Shown: positions 9,875 to 19,887 of the stretch, piece by piece
How the letters are laid out: each line of letters starts with the position of its first letter
Position numbering within the stretch: the first letter of the stretch is position 1
NCBI GenBank assembly: GCA_012960245.1
Contig: DUBO01000056.1
Location: forward strand, 40,859 to 104,858
Origin: Candidatus Binatota bacterium
Lineage (GTDB): Bacteria > Desulfobacterota > Binatia > UBA1149
Length of the DNA stretch: 64,000 nucleotides
Direction of reading: 5' to 3'
Position numbers and translations under genes: made by a program
The notes under the pieces: generated by a model
Database searches by the model: none
Told to the model about the DNA's origin: nothing
What the model saw: only the letters and a program-made list of their open reading frames with translations

Positions 9875-10726
9875 ATGCTGGCTAAGCGCATAATACCCTG
9901 CCTCGACGTCAAGGACGGCCGTGTCGTGAAGGGAGTCAATTTTGTTGACCTGCGCGATGCCGGTGACCCGGTGGAGTGCGCCATGCGCTACGACGCCGAG
10001 GGTGCCGATGAGCTTACGTTTCTCGACATAACCGCCAGCCATGAGAAACGCGACATCATGCTCGACGTGGTGTCGCGCACGGCAGAGCAGGCCTTCATGC
10101 CGCTGACCGTGGGAGGCGGCGTGCGCGTGGTCGAAGACCTGGGCGCTCTGTTGCGGGCCGGTGCCGACAAGGTCTCGATCAACACGGCCGCTGTCATCAA
10201 CCCCGATTTCGTGGACGAAGCTGCCCGCGTGTACGGTAGCCAGTGCGTGGTGGTGGCCGTCGACGCGCGCAGGCGCGACCAACACCTCGAACTTGCCGAA
10301 GACGGTGGCGGCGTGGACGGGGCACCGGATTGGGCCGGGACCTGGCCCGAGTTGCTGGTGGACAAGGCAGGTAACGACGGCTGGGAAATCTACACCCACG
10401 GCGGTCGCCGTCCCACCGGCATCGACGCCGTTGCCTGGTGCCGCCGTATGGAAGAACTGGGAGCGGGGGAGCTACTGCTCACCAGTATGGACCGCGACGG
10501 TACGCGCGACGGATACGATCTTGAGCTTACCCGCGCGGTGGCCGACGCGGTGGGCGTGCCGGTCATAGCCTCGGGCGGAGTGGGCGGGCCCGGGCACCTG
10601 CTCGAGGGCGTGACCACGGGCGGCGCCGACGCGGTGCTGGCCGCATCGATTTTTCACTACGGTGAGTACTCAATAGCCGAGTGCAAGCGCTATCTCGCAG
10701 AGCGCGGCGTTGTCGTAAGGGTCTGA
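9875..10726 (+). CDS. hisF: Imidazole glycerol phosphate synthase cyclase subunit
   Basis: 283 aa. [16 protein letters not shown] and [15 protein letters not shown]. Carries an extra segment of about 25-30 aa between VAVDARR and WEIYTHGG. Confidence 0.95.
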   Translation: MLAKRIIPCLDVKDGRVVKGVNFVDLRDAGDPVECAMRYDAEGADELTFLDITASHEKRDIMLDVVSRTAEQAFMPLTVGGGVRVVEDLGALLRAGADKVSINTAAVINPDFVDEAARVYGSQCVVVAVDARRRDQHLELAEDGGGVDGAPDWAGTWPELLVDKAGNDGWEIYTHGGRRPTGIDAVAWCRRMEELGAGELLLTSMDRDGTRDGYDLELTRAVADAVGVPVIASGGVGGPGHLLEGVTTGGADAVLAASIFHYGEYSIAECKRYLAERGVVVRV

Positions 10727-10803
10727 CCAGGGGCCTGGTACCCCGCCCGTGGAATCATGTCGGCTGGTGGGCTACATTTGGCCGGACCAGGGAGGATCAA
10801 GGT

Positions 10804-11340
10804 TTGACTACAACAACCGGACTGCACCACGTCGCTTTCGTAACCAGGGACCCGGAGGCCACGCGAAAGTTCTACGTCGACAAACTCGGCATGCCGCTGG
10901 TCCACGTAGAAAACCATCTGAGCGGCGATGGGTGGTTTCGCCATTTCTTTTTCGACATGGGTGGGGGCGCTTCGCTGGGTTTCTTTGAGCTCAACGGTGT
11001 GGGTGAAAAGGAGGACTACGCGACCGACCTGTCCAGTACCGTGGGCCTGCCGCCCTGGGCCAACCACGTTGCCTTTCGCGTTGAAAACGAGCAACGCCTT
11101 CTCGAGCTCAAGCAGCGCTTTGAGGGAAACGGGGTTGAGCCATTAGTAGAATTTGACCACGGCTGGTGCCGCTCCATCTACACGGTCGATCCCAGCGGCA
11201 TAGCGGTGGAGTTCTGCGCCACGACCAAGGCCGAAGGCTTTGCCATGAGCGAGGAAGAAGCTTTACGCCTGCTGCGCCAGCCGCCCGAGGAATTTTCCGA
11301 GGGTTCGCGTAAGGAACAGCGCAAGCAACCCGACAAGTAA
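10804..11340 (+). CDS. VOC (glyoxalase/bleomycin-resistance/dioxygenase) family protein
   Basis: ORF 10681..11340 overlaps hisF. In-frame TTG at 10804 follows GGGAGGA. GLHHVAFVTRDPEATRKFYVDKLGM is a typical VOC beta-alpha-beta-beta-beta start. Substrate unknown. Confidence 0.6.
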   Translation: MTTTTGLHHVAFVTRDPEATRKFYVDKLGMPLVHVENHLSGDGWFRHFFFDMGGGASLGFFELNGVGEKEDYATDLSSTVGLPPWANHVAFRVENEQRLLELKQRFEGNGVEPLVEFDHGWCRSIYTVDPSGIAVEFCATTKAEGFAMSEEEALRLLRQPPEEFSEGSRKEQRKQPDK

Positions 11341-11365
11341 TCAGCCGGGCTGGTACGGGTGCCGG

Positions 11366-12316
11366 CTACTCCTGTTCGGCCAGCCAGCGTTCGGCGTCTA
11401 TGGCGGCTTCACAACCGCTTCCGGCCGCGGTGATGGCCTGTCGATACACACTGTCGCGTACGTCGCCGCAGGCAAATACGCCTTCAATGCTGGTGTAGGT
11501 CGAGTCGGGCCGGGTGGCGACGTAACCCTTCTGGTCGGTGTCCAACTGGCCGTCAAACAACGCGGTGTTGGGCAAATGCCCTATGGCCATGAAGACCCCG
11601 TCGCAGTCCACGCGTTCGGTCGAGCCGGCGCTGGCACCGTCACTGGTGTCGCGCAGGGTCACTGCCGTGACGCCGCCCTCGGCCACGTCGCCGTGGATCT
11701 CGTCTATGGTTCGGTTGAGAAGGAAGTCGATCTTCGGATTGACCTGGGCCCGTTCGAGCATGATCTGCGACGCACGGAACCCTTCGCGTCGGTGCACCAC
11801 GGTCACCGAGCTGGCAAACTTGGACAGGAAGGTGGCTTCTTCCATGGCCGAATCACCGCCGCCGATGACCAGCACCTTGCGATCTCTGAAGAAAAAGCCA
11901 TCGCAAGTGGCGCATGCAGACACGCCGTAACCCATGAGCCGCGTTTCGGATTCCAGCCCGAGCAAGCGAGCGGTCGCCCCGGTGGCGACTACCAGTGCGT
12001 CGCAGGTAAAGGTGATGTCTGGCGAGTTGAGCGTGAACGGTCGCCGGGACAGGTCCACCGACTCGATGTCGCCGGTAGCGAACTCGGTGCCGAAGCGCGC
12101 CGCCTGGTCGCGAAACTTCTGCATCATGTCTGGCCCCATCACGCCTTCGGGAAACCCCGGGTAGTTTTCTACGTCGGTGGTTATCGTCAGTTGACCGCCG
12201 GGCTGGCTGCCCTCTACTACCAACGGTGCGAGGTCGGCGCGGGCAGCATATATGGCCGCAGTGAGTCCCGCCGGGCCGGATCCGAGGATGATTACCTTGC
12301 TGTGTTGTGTAGCCAT
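11366..12316 (-). CDS. trxB: Thioredoxin-disulfide reductase
   Basis: 316 aa. [18 protein letters not shown] motif and the CATCDG redox-active disulfide. Confidence 0.95.
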   Translation of the reverse strand: MATQHSKVIILGSGPAGLTAAIYAARADLAPLVVEGSQPGGQLTITTDVENYPGFPEGVMGPDMMQKFRDQAARFGTEFATGDIESVDLSRRPFTLNSPDITFTCDALVVATGATARLLGLESETRLMGYGVSACATCDGFFFRDRKVLVIGGGDSAMEEATFLSKFASSVTVVHRREGFRASQIMLERAQVNPKIDFLLNRTIDEIHGDVAEGGVTAVTLRDTSDGASAGSTERVDCDGVFMAIGHLPNTALFDGQLDTDQKGYVATRPDSTYTSIEGVFACGDVRDSVYRQAITAAGSGCEAAIDAERWLAEQE

Positions 12317-12387
12317 GTGCAGTTCTTTTCCGTTTATTGTGGGCCGTGTTCAAGTCCGCGTACTGGCGGCAGGGTCGCGGTCGATGT

Positions 12388-12906
12388 ATGAAGTTTGGCG
12401 GTGGTTTGCAAGCGGGAGAGCGTGGGTTGAAAGAGTTCAGTCACACAGATGAGAAGGGTCGCGTACGCATGGTCGACGTGTCGGGCAAGGACGCGACCCG
12501 GCGTGAGGCCGTAGCCGCGGCCGAACTGCAGATGCAGCCCTCCACCCTTGAACGCATACTCGCGGGCGATCTGCCCAAGGGCGACGTGCTCGCGGTGGCG
12601 CGCACTGCCGGCATCATGGCGGCCAAGCAGACCCACACGCTCATCCCCATGTGCCATCAGCTTGGACTCGATTCGGTTTCGGTTGATTTTGAGACCGACC
12701 CCGAACGGCCTGGCGTGCTGTGCCTGCAGGCAACGGCGGTGGTCAACGGGCGCACGGGGGTCGAAATGGAGGCCCTGCTTGCCGCCACCCTCGCGGGGCT
12801 TACGGTCTACGACATGTGCAAGGCCGTCGACCGCGGCATGGTGCTCGGAGAGGTTCGCCTGCTGGAGAAGAGCGGCGGGCGAAGCGGCCACTACCAGCGC
12901 GCCTGA
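12388..12906 (+). CDS. moaC: Cyclic pyranopterin monophosphate synthase
   Basis: ORF 12337..12906, ATG at 12388. FSHTDEKGRVRMVDVSGK...TAGIMAAKQTHTLIPMCH, the MoaC signature. Confidence 0.9.
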   Translation: MKFGGGLQAGERGLKEFSHTDEKGRVRMVDVSGKDATRREAVAAAELQMQPSTLERILAGDLPKGDVLAVARTAGIMAAKQTHTLIPMCHQLGLDSVSVDFETDPERPGVLCLQATAVVNGRTGVEMEALLAATLAGLTVYDMCKAVDRGMVLGEVRLLEKSGGRSGHYQRA

Positions 12907-13042
12907 TTCCTGCTAGCCAGGAGTTTTTCCTTTCCATGACGACTCCAGTCTGGCCGCCACGGTGATGACCTTGCTGTAATTGATGTCCCGCACTGACGCG
13001 TTTTTGCTTTGCGGCAGGGGCAAGTGGGGTTAGTCTACGCTG

Positions 13043-13732
13043 GTGTCGCACGCGGCCCCAAAACACACCTGGCTCAACAGTGAGGCTCCGCGCGAACGCC
13101 TGCGGGAGGTAGGAGCCGCGGCGCTGAGCGACGGCGAGCTGCTGGCATTGTTGGCGGGAAGCGGCCACGCAAGTTCGGGCAACGCTCTTGAGCTCGCGCG
13201 TGGACTGCTCGCCAGGTTCGGCGACCTTCGCAGGCTTTCTGGTGTGGGTACGAGCGAGCTCTGCTCGGTGCCGGGACTGGGCAACGCGCGAGCCTCGAGG
13301 TTGGAGGCTGCCTGGGAGATTGGCCGCCGGGTCCATTCTCGGGAGCTCAAGCTCGGATGCGCCCTGACTTCGTCCGAGCAGGTGTTCAAACACTTCGGCC
13401 CCTTGCTATCGGAGCTCAAGCGCGAGCGTTTCTACGGCCTGCTGCTCGACAGCAAGAACCGGCTGTTGCGCAAGGCGATGATCTCGGAGGGCTCGCTGGG
13501 GGCCTCGTTGGTTCATCCCCGCGAGGCATTCCGCCCAGCGGTGTGCGAAGCTGCCGCCGCGGTGATTTTTATGCACAACCACCCCAGCGGAGATCCCGGT
13601 CCCAGCAGCGAAGACCGGCGTATCACGGCGCGCTTGAGGCGGGCCGGTGAAATCCTGGGCATACCGGTACTCGACCACGTGGTGGTGGGCCGAGACGGCT
13701 ACTTTTCTTTCGCTGATTCCGGTTGGGAGTAG
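13043..13732 (+). CDS. radC: RadC-family JAB-domain protein (UPF0758)
   Basis: 229 aa. HhH-like N-terminus (ELLALLAGSG) and JAMM motif HNHPSGDPGPSSEDRRIT. Confidence 0.85.
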   Translation: MSHAAPKHTWLNSEAPRERLREVGAAALSDGELLALLAGSGHASSGNALELARGLLARFGDLRRLSGVGTSELCSVPGLGNARASRLEAAWEIGRRVHSRELKLGCALTSSEQVFKHFGPLLSELKRERFYGLLLDSKNRLLRKAMISEGSLGASLVHPREAFRPAVCEAAAAVIFMHNHPSGDPGPSSEDRRITARLRRAGEILGIPVLDHVVVGRDGYFSFADSGWE

Positions 13733-13760
13733 CCAGCCGGCTAACAGCCAGCCGTGCGCA

Positions 13761-14192
13761 CTAGAAGGGTACGTCCGAGCCCGCGCCGGCTTCCGGCTGG
13801 GACGGGAAGCTGGGCACGTCGTCCCTGCTGTCCGAGCTGGCCCGCGGCGCGTCGCCATCGCTGCGTCCGCCCAGAAACTGGACGCGGTCGGCCACTATCT
13901 CGGTAGAGTAGCGGTCGTTTCCGTCCCTGTCCTGCCACTTGCGGGTCTGCAGGCGGCCTTCCACGTATACCGGGCGCCCTTTCTGCAGGTACTGCACGCA
14001 GTTTTCAGCCTGCCGGCCCCATACGACCACACTGTGCCACTCGGTGCGTTCCTGCCGCTCTCCCGACTGGTCGGTCCACACGTCGGTGGTGGCCATGCGC
14101 ATGGTCGTGACGGCCTTGCCGCTGTTCGTGTTGCGCAATTCGGGGTCCTGCCCGAGATTTCCGATGAGAATTACCTTGTTTACTGATGCCAT
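13761..14192 (-). CDS. ssb: Single-stranded DNA-binding protein
   Basis: 143 aa. OB-fold start [34 protein letters not shown], a Gly/Pro/Ser-rich linker and an acidic tip ending DVPF. Confidence 0.95.
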   Translation of the reverse strand: MASVNKVILIGNLGQDPELRNTNSGKAVTTMRMATTDVWTDQSGERQERTEWHSVVVWGRQAENCVQYLQKGRPVYVEGRLQTRKWQDRDGNDRYSTEIVADRVQFLGGRSDGDAPRASSDSRDDVPSFPSQPEAGAGSDVPF

Positions 14193-14396
14193 GGAGAGCC
14201 TCCTGATGCCTTTGTGGGAGGCTAGAGCCGGCCCTGCCCGTTGTCAATGATATGGCTGTGCTCAGTTGTGCAGGAAGCGCGCTGTAAAGAAAGCCCGCTG
14301 TGCAGGAAGACCGTTGCTGGTGGCAGGAGGCTTGTTCCCATCGCCGGGCGGTTATAAAATCGCGCAGCGGGACAGCCCGCGTGGTGGTTGTAGAGG

Positions 14397-15194
14397 GTGA
14401 ACACAGCGCAGGCAGTACTGCTGGGGATCCTCCAGGGATTGACCGAGTTCCTACCGGTCTCCAGTTCCGGCCACCTGGTGCTGGCCCGCCGGCTGTTCGG
14501 CAGCTCTGTCGAGTCGCCCGTGGCCTTGGACGTCATGCTGCACGTGGGCACGCTGTTGGCCGTGCTGGGGTATTTCAGGGCTGACCTGCTGCGCCTGCTG
14601 CTGTCGCTGGGTGGTGGAGATTCGCCCGACCGGCGACAGGTCGGGCTGCTGGCCCTGGCCACCTTGCCCATAGTGGTCGTGGGCCTGCTGTTCGCCGCGC
14701 AGGTAGAGGCCGCGTTTTCGTCGCCGGCCGTGGTGGGCCTGTGCCTCTTGATTACAGCCTGCATGCTGGCCTGGGCCTCGAGGCTGGCGGCCGGGAGCAA
14801 GGGAGCCGATGCCATGCGGCCGCTGGACGCTCTGGTCATAGGCGCCCTGCAGGCGGTGGCCGTGTTGCCGGGCATATCGCGGGCCGGGGCCACGGTCACT
14901 GCCGGCCTGGGGCGAGGGCTCGACCGCGACCTGGCGGCCCGTTTTGCCTTCCTTTTGTCGATTCCGGCCATACTGGGCGCGGTAGTTTTCAAGCTCGACG
15001 AGCTGGTACACCTGCTTGATACGAGTTTCACGCCGGTGTTGGCAGGGGTCGCCGCGTCGGCCGTGACCGGCTGGCTGGCCATAGCAATAATGATGCGTGC
15101 CATCAGGAGGGGAAGGCTGCTGCCCTTTGCGCTATACTGCATTGTTACAGGCTGTTTGGGCCTGTACCTGGGAGTTTTGACTGGTAGTGGCTAA
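14397..15194 (+). CDS. uppP: Undecaprenyl-diphosphate phosphatase
   Basis: 265 aa polytopic membrane protein. ILQGLTEFLPVSSSGHL and PGISRAGATV motifs of BacA/UppP. Confidence 0.9.
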   Translation: MNTAQAVLLGILQGLTEFLPVSSSGHLVLARRLFGSSVESPVALDVMLHVGTLLAVLGYFRADLLRLLLSLGGGDSPDRRQVGLLALATLPIVVVGLLFAAQVEAAFSSPAVVGLCLLITACMLAWASRLAAGSKGADAMRPLDALVIGALQAVAVLPGISRAGATVTAGLGRGLDRDLAARFAFLLSIPAILGAVVFKLDELVHLLDTSFTPVLAGVAASAVTGWLAIAIMMRAIRRGRLLPFALYCIVTGCLGLYLGVLTGSG

Positions 15195-17703
15195 ACGGCC
15201 CGCAAGGAACAGGAAGACCGAGTCGCGCCTCGTACACGAGGTGGAGGCAATACTGTGCTCGGCGCTCGGGGCTGCCCTGGCGCTGAGTTTCTACTCCTAC
15301 TCACCCGATTCGCCCGCGACCAACCAGGTGGGCGTGGTGGGCTACACCGTGGCCCACGCACTGGTGCAGTGCTTCGGATACGCCAGCTACCTGTTTCCCG
15401 CGCTGCTCGTCGCCGGTGCCGTGGGCTTGTTTGCAAGGCAGACGGCCACCGTGTCGCCGGTGCGGCTGGTGGGCGCGGTTGCCCTGTTATTTGAGGGCGC
15501 CGTGGTCCTTGGTCTTTACCGGCAGGGGGTAGTGCCGACCGAAGCCGGCGGCTGGGTTGGTGGTTTTCTTTCTGCCTTGGCCAGGCAGGCCTTCGGTATG
15601 GTAGGCAGCTCGGTGATCCTGGCCGCGTTTGCCGGCTGGATTTTTATTATGCTCACCGGCGCCGCGCCTTCGCGGGTTCTCGCGCGCTTTGCCCTGTTGG
15701 TTCGCAGCGCGGTGCTGCGCGCGGGTAACTTCATGGGCGAGAAGATAGAGCGCGCGGCCTCGGGCCTGGGAGAGTTCGCGCGGGCGCACCGGCCTCGTAT
15801 GCCGCGCATGCCGTCCCGCCCCGCCCCGCCCGCGGCGTTGTCGCGTAGCGAGCAGGTCGAGGAGCCGGCCGCGCCAATGGTCTTCTCCATAGATGACGAG
15901 CCCGACCTTGATGAGGCCGACACCGACGCGATTGGCTTCGGTGTCGATGAAGTTGCGGTCGACGTAGCTTCTAATGGCCACGCCGAACTCGAAGAGGGCA
16001 AGGCCCGGGCCATACTCGAGATCACCAGCAGCGCCGAGTCGGTGGCCGAGGCACGCCGGCGCATGAGCGAGGAATCGAAGGGCCGCGACAAGCAGGAGAA
16101 GTTTAACTTCAGCGTCGACGACAACGACTACAGTCTTCCCCCGGTCAATCTGCTGGGCGATCCCGACGAGGCCGACGTGGACGTCGACGAGGACACGCTG
16201 ATAGCCTTGTCCAAGGTACTCGAGCAGAAGCTGTCTACCTTTGGGGTGTCGGGCAGCGTCACCGCGGTGCGCTCGGGCCCGGTTATTACCACTTACGAGT
16301 TCGAGCCCGACGCCGGCATCAAGGTGAGCCGCATAGTGAATCTCTGCGACGATCTGACCATGGCCCTGAGGGCCCACGGCGTGAGAATCGTGGCACCGAT
16401 TCCGGGCAAGAACGTGGTAGGAATCGAGGTATCCAACCGTCACCGCGACCTCGTTGGCCTGCGTGACCTGATCGACTGCGAAGAGTTTCGCGGCCTGCCT
16501 TCGGCGCTGTCGGTGGTCGTGGGCAGGGACACCACGGGCGTGGCGCGTTACGCCGATCTGGCAAAGATGCCCCACCTGCTGATGGCTGGCGCTACGGGTT
16601 CGGGTAAATCGGTGGCACTGAACGCCATCATCATGAGCATCCTGTACAAGGCCACGCCGAGGGACGTGCGCTTCATAATGATCGACCCCAAGATGCTCGA
16701 GTTGTCGATCTACGAGGGCATTCCCCACTTGCTGGTACCGGTAGTGACCGACGTCCGGAAAGCTGCCGCCGCCCTGGCCAACGTCATGCGCGAGATGGAC
16801 CGTCGCTTTGAGCTGATGAAGGAGCTCAAGGTTCGCAGTGTCGACGACTACAACGCGCGCGTGGCCGAGCAGCTCGAAGAAGAGTACGAAGAGTACGAGG
16901 AAGAAGAGGAAGAGCAGGAAGAGGAGCTCGAGCTTGCCGAGGGCGAAGAGTACGAGGAAGAAGAGGAAGAGGAAGGAGAGGAAGAGTACGAGGAAGGAGA
17001 GGAAGAGGAAGAAGAGGAGTACGAGCTCGAAGAAGAAAGCCCGCACGAGCATCTTCCCCGGGTGGTGGTCGTGGTGGACGAGCTTGCTGACCTGATGATG
17101 GTGGTGGGCCGCGAGGTCGAAGAGTCGATCACGCGCCTGGCGCAAAAGGCGCGGGCGGCGGGTATACACCTGATACTGGCCACGCAGCGGCCTTCGGTCG
17201 ACGTAATTACCGGGCTGATCAAGGCCAACTTTCCCGCGCGCATTTCTTTCCAGGTCACCTCGCGGCATGACTCCAAGACCATTCTCGACGGCGTCGGGGC
17301 TGAGCGCCTGCTGGGCATGGGCGACATGCTCTACATGGCTCCCGGCACTTCGTTCCTGGCGCGTCTGCACGGGGCCTTCATCAGCGATCGCGAGATCGAT
17401 GAGGTCGTTGAGTTCATTAAGGAGCAGGGCGATCCGCAGTACCAGATGGAGCTGCTCGACAGCCAGTCGGGCGACGACGAGGACGAGGGCGAACCGGACT
17501 TCTTCGATGAGCTCTACGACAAGGCCGTTGACGTGGTTACCCGCCACGGGCAGGGTTCTACGTCGTGGGTACAGCGGCAACTGGGAGTCGGTTACAACCG
17601 TGCGGCGCGCATCATGGAACAGATGGAGCGCGACGGAGTGGTGGGTCCGGCCGACGGGTCGCGGCCGCGACAGGTGTTGGCCCAGGCCATACCGCCTGCC
17701 TGA
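15187..17703 (+). CDS. ftsK: DNA translocase FtsK/SpoIIIE with a poly-Glu insertion in the motor domain
   Basis: 838 aa. N-terminal TM helices, Walker A GATGSGKS, Walker B VVVVDELADLM, and gamma domain WVQRQLGVGYNRAARIMEQME. GTG start overlaps the uppP end by 8 nt. Confidence 0.95.
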   Translation: MAKRPARNRKTESRLVHEVEAILCSALGAALALSFYSYSPDSPATNQVGVVGYTVAHALVQCFGYASYLFPALLVAGAVGLFARQTATVSPVRLVGAVALLFEGAVVLGLYRQGVVPTEAGGWVGGFLSALARQAFGMVGSSVILAAFAGWIFIMLTGAAPSRVLARFALLVRSAVLRAGNFMGEKIERAASGLGEFARAHRPRMPRMPSRPAPPAALSRSEQVEEPAAPMVFSIDDEPDLDEADTDAIGFGVDEVAVDVASNGHAELEEGKARAILEITSSAESVAEARRRMSEESKGRDKQEKFNFSVDDNDYSLPPVNLLGDPDEADVDVDEDTLIALSKVLEQKLSTFGVSGSVTAVRSGPVITTYEFEPDAGIKVSRIVNLCDDLTMALRAHGVRIVAPIPGKNVVGIEVSNRHRDLVGLRDLIDCEEFRGLPSALSVVVGRDTTGVARYADLAKMPHLLMAGATGSGKSVALNAIIMSILYKATPRDVRFIMIDPKMLELSIYEGIPHLLVPVVTDVRKAAAALANVMREMDRRFELMKELKVRSVDDYNARVAEQLEEEYEEYEEEEEEQEEELELAEGEEYEEEEEEEGEEEYEEGEEEEEEEYELEEESPHEHLPRVVVVVDELADLMMVVGREVEESITRLAQKARAAGIHLILATQRPSVDVITGLIKANFPARISFQVTSRHDSKTILDGVGAERLLGMGDMLYMAPGTSFLARLHGAFISDREIDEVVEFIKEQGDPQYQMELLDSQSGDDEDEGEPDFFDELYDKAVDVVTRHGQGSTSWVQRQLGVGYNRAARIMEQMERDGVVGPADGSRPRQVLAQAIPPA
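16876..17037 (+). repeat. GAR-codon low-complexity tract (Glu/Tyr/Gly) inside ftsK
   Basis: Encodes EEEYEEYEEEEEEQEEELELAEGEEYEEEEEEEGEEEYEEGEEEEEEEYELEEE, between Walker A and Walker B of the FtsK motor. Confidence 0.9.
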
Positions 17704-18428
17704 CTGCCCGCTTCGTATCGCTGGCCCTGCTGGCGGCGCTGCTACTGACTGCGCCGGCTGTTTCGTCGGCCGTTTCTTCTGCCGACGCGCACGACATGCT
17801 GTCCTGCTACGGAGAGTTCTGGCGCAACACGACCACGCTCGCGGCCGATTTTTCGCAGGCCGTGCACGTGCCGGGCATACAGGAGCCCGTGCGTACCGGC
17901 GGCCGGTTTTATTTTGCGGCGCCCGATCATTTTCGCTGGGATTACACCGCCGGCGAACGGCAGACAGTGGTAGGCGACGGCACCTCGCTGTGGATACACC
18001 AGCACGAGCTCGAGCAGGTCTACCGGCTTGACTACGGGCGCGCTTTTGGCGGCGGGGGCCTGGTGGCGCTGATGGGCAACACCGACTTGCTCGAGTCCCG
18101 CTACCGGTCCGAAGTGTTAGAGTCCGACGGGCAGCTCGTTACCCTGCGCCTGGAAAAGGCGCCCGTATCCGAACATGCCGCGGCCGAAACGGTGGAGATC
18201 GTGCTGCGGCAGCCCGATTGCCGACCGGTTTCCTTGCAGTTGACCGACGCCGTGGGCAGCGTGACCCGCATGGAACTGGCCGGCCTGGAGCTCGACACCG
18301 TGCTCGCCGAGCGCCTGTTTCACTTTGAAGTTCCGGCCGGCGTTGACCTCATCGAGCAACCGGATGCTTCTGATTCGGAGGCCGCCAGCCCGGCTGGCAC
18401 CGGTGCCGAGGGTGGCGCTGGCAGATGA
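17565..18428 (+). CDS. lolA: Outer-membrane lipoprotein carrier LolA-like protein (start uncertain)
   Basis: Signal-like LALLAALLLTAPAVSSA followed by LAADFSQ...GGRFYFAAPDHFRWDY...LWIHQHELEQVY (LolA fold pattern). The only canonical in-frame start is ATG 17565, 139 nt inside ftsK. The alternative is CTG at 17700. Confidence 0.75.
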   Translation: MGTAATGSRLQPCGAHHGTDGARRSGGSGRRVAAATGVGPGHTACLTARFVSLALLAALLLTAPAVSSAVSSADAHDMLSCYGEFWRNTTTLAADFSQAVHVPGIQEPVRTGGRFYFAAPDHFRWDYTAGERQTVVGDGTSLWIHQHELEQVYRLDYGRAFGGGGLVALMGNTDLLESRYRSEVLESDGQLVTLRLEKAPVSEHAAAETVEIVLRQPDCRPVSLQLTDAVGSVTRMELAGLELDTVLAERLFHFEVPAGVDLIEQPDASDSEAASPAGTGAEGGAGR

Positions 18429-19834
18429 GCGGCGGCGTGGGAGACAGGAAGAAAATCTTTTTCGTGCCGCTGGGCTGTGCCCGTAACCACGTGGACGGCG
18501 AGTACATGCTGGGCCAGGCGCGCGCGGCGGGCCACGAAATCGTGGGAGCGGCGGCCGATGCCGATACCATAGTGGTGAACACCTGCGCCTTCATAGAGGA
18601 GGCCCGCCAGGAATCGATAGACACCATCCTCGGGTTGGCCGCTGGCGATTCAGCCGCAACCACTAACGGCAGCTCGCCGCGCATGCTGGTCACCGGTTGC
18701 ATGGCCGAGCGCTACGGCCAGGAACTGTCGCAGGCCATACCCGAGATCGACGTGATGGTGGGCACCGGCGACCTCGATCGATTTGTGGAGGCCCTCAACG
18801 CGCCCGGTGGCAGCAGCTTTACGGGTAAGCGTCACTATCTGCCGGCCGCTGGCGCGGCGCGGGAAGTCGACCTCTCGCAGGGCTGGGCCTGGGTCAAGGT
18901 CTCGGAGGGCTGCGACCACGAGTGTTCGTTCTGCGCCATTCCGTCGTTCAGGGGGAGCCACGAGAGCAGGACGGTGGAGGACGTGGTCGAAGAGGTTCGC
19001 GGCCTGGTGGCCGCTGGTGCGCTGGAGGTCAACCTGGTGGCCCAGGACCTGAGCGCTTACGGACGTGACAGGAAACAGCGCGACGGATTGTCGCAGTTGC
19101 TGCGGCAGTTAGACGGGTTGCAGGGGCTCGAGCGCGTGCGTTGTTTTTACATGTACCCGACCACGCTGGTAGACGAGACCCTCGATGCCATGCGAGAGCT
19201 ACCCTCGGTGTGCAACTACCTCGACCTGCCGCTTCAGCACGCCGACCGCGAGATGCTCAAACGCATGCGTCGGGCCGCCGACCCGGACGCCACCCGTCGT
19301 CTGCTCGACAGGGTTCGCAGCAAGGTTCCGGACGTGGTGCTGAGGTCGTCGTTCCTCGTGGGATTTCCGGGCGAGACCGACGAGGCCTTCGAGCGGCTGT
19401 GTCGCTTCGTTGAGGAGCAGCGCTTTGGGCACCTATCGGTGTTCGAGTATTCGCGCGAAGAAGGCACAACGGCAATGGAGCTGGGCGACGAGGTGGCTCC
19501 CGAGCTGGCGAGGCTCAGGCGCGACCGCCTGCTTGATCTGCACGAAGGCCTGCGCGCGGGCTACCTGGCCGCCCGCGTGGGTAAGCCCGAGCGCGTGTTG
19601 GTCTGCGGGCGCGACGGCGACGGCAACTGCTACGGGCGCACGAGCTGGCAGGGCCCCGATGTTGACGGTGTGACCTGGCTGGGCGATGTGCCTGGGGTCC
19701 CGACGGCGGGCATGCTCGACGTCTCGGTTACGGGTTCTGACGGTTACGATCTTTTTGCGGTGCCGCGGGCGTCGCAGGGGGGCTGGAGGCCATCGCGGGC
19801 AGGGGCTGTTGACGCCGCAGGCCGCCGGAACTAG
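18425..19834 (+). CDS. rimO: Ribosomal protein S12 methylthiotransferase
   Basis: 469 aa. KIFFVPLGCARNHVDGEYM (UPF0004 domain), radical-SAM CDHECSFC and a C-terminal TRAM-like region. ATGA overlap with the lolA stop. Confidence 0.9.
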   Translation: MSGGVGDRKKIFFVPLGCARNHVDGEYMLGQARAAGHEIVGAAADADTIVVNTCAFIEEARQESIDTILGLAAGDSAATTNGSSPRMLVTGCMAERYGQELSQAIPEIDVMVGTGDLDRFVEALNAPGGSSFTGKRHYLPAAGAAREVDLSQGWAWVKVSEGCDHECSFCAIPSFRGSHESRTVEDVVEEVRGLVAAGALEVNLVAQDLSAYGRDRKQRDGLSQLLRQLDGLQGLERVRCFYMYPTTLVDETLDAMRELPSVCNYLDLPLQHADREMLKRMRRAADPDATRRLLDRVRSKVPDVVLRSSFLVGFPGETDEAFERLCRFVEEQRFGHLSVFEYSREEGTTAMELGDEVAPELARLRRDRLLDLHEGLRAGYLAARVGKPERVLVCGRDGDGNCYGRTSWQGPDVDGVTWLGDVPGVPTAGMLDVSVTGSDGYDLFAVPRASQGGWRPSRAGAVDAAGRRN

Positions 19835-19887
19835 GTTACGCCGCTGAATACGGGCACCTGATGCCTTGCGGTGGGCGGTAGAGACTG

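Noticed and set aside
15487-17580. 697-aa ORF on the minus strand spanning most of ftsK
   Set aside because: It is antisense to a gene with unambiguous FtsK motifs. Its sequence is Arg/Gly/His-rich with mirrored low complexity (FLFLF opposite the poly-Glu tract). This is a typical stop-free antisense frame of a GC-rich genome.
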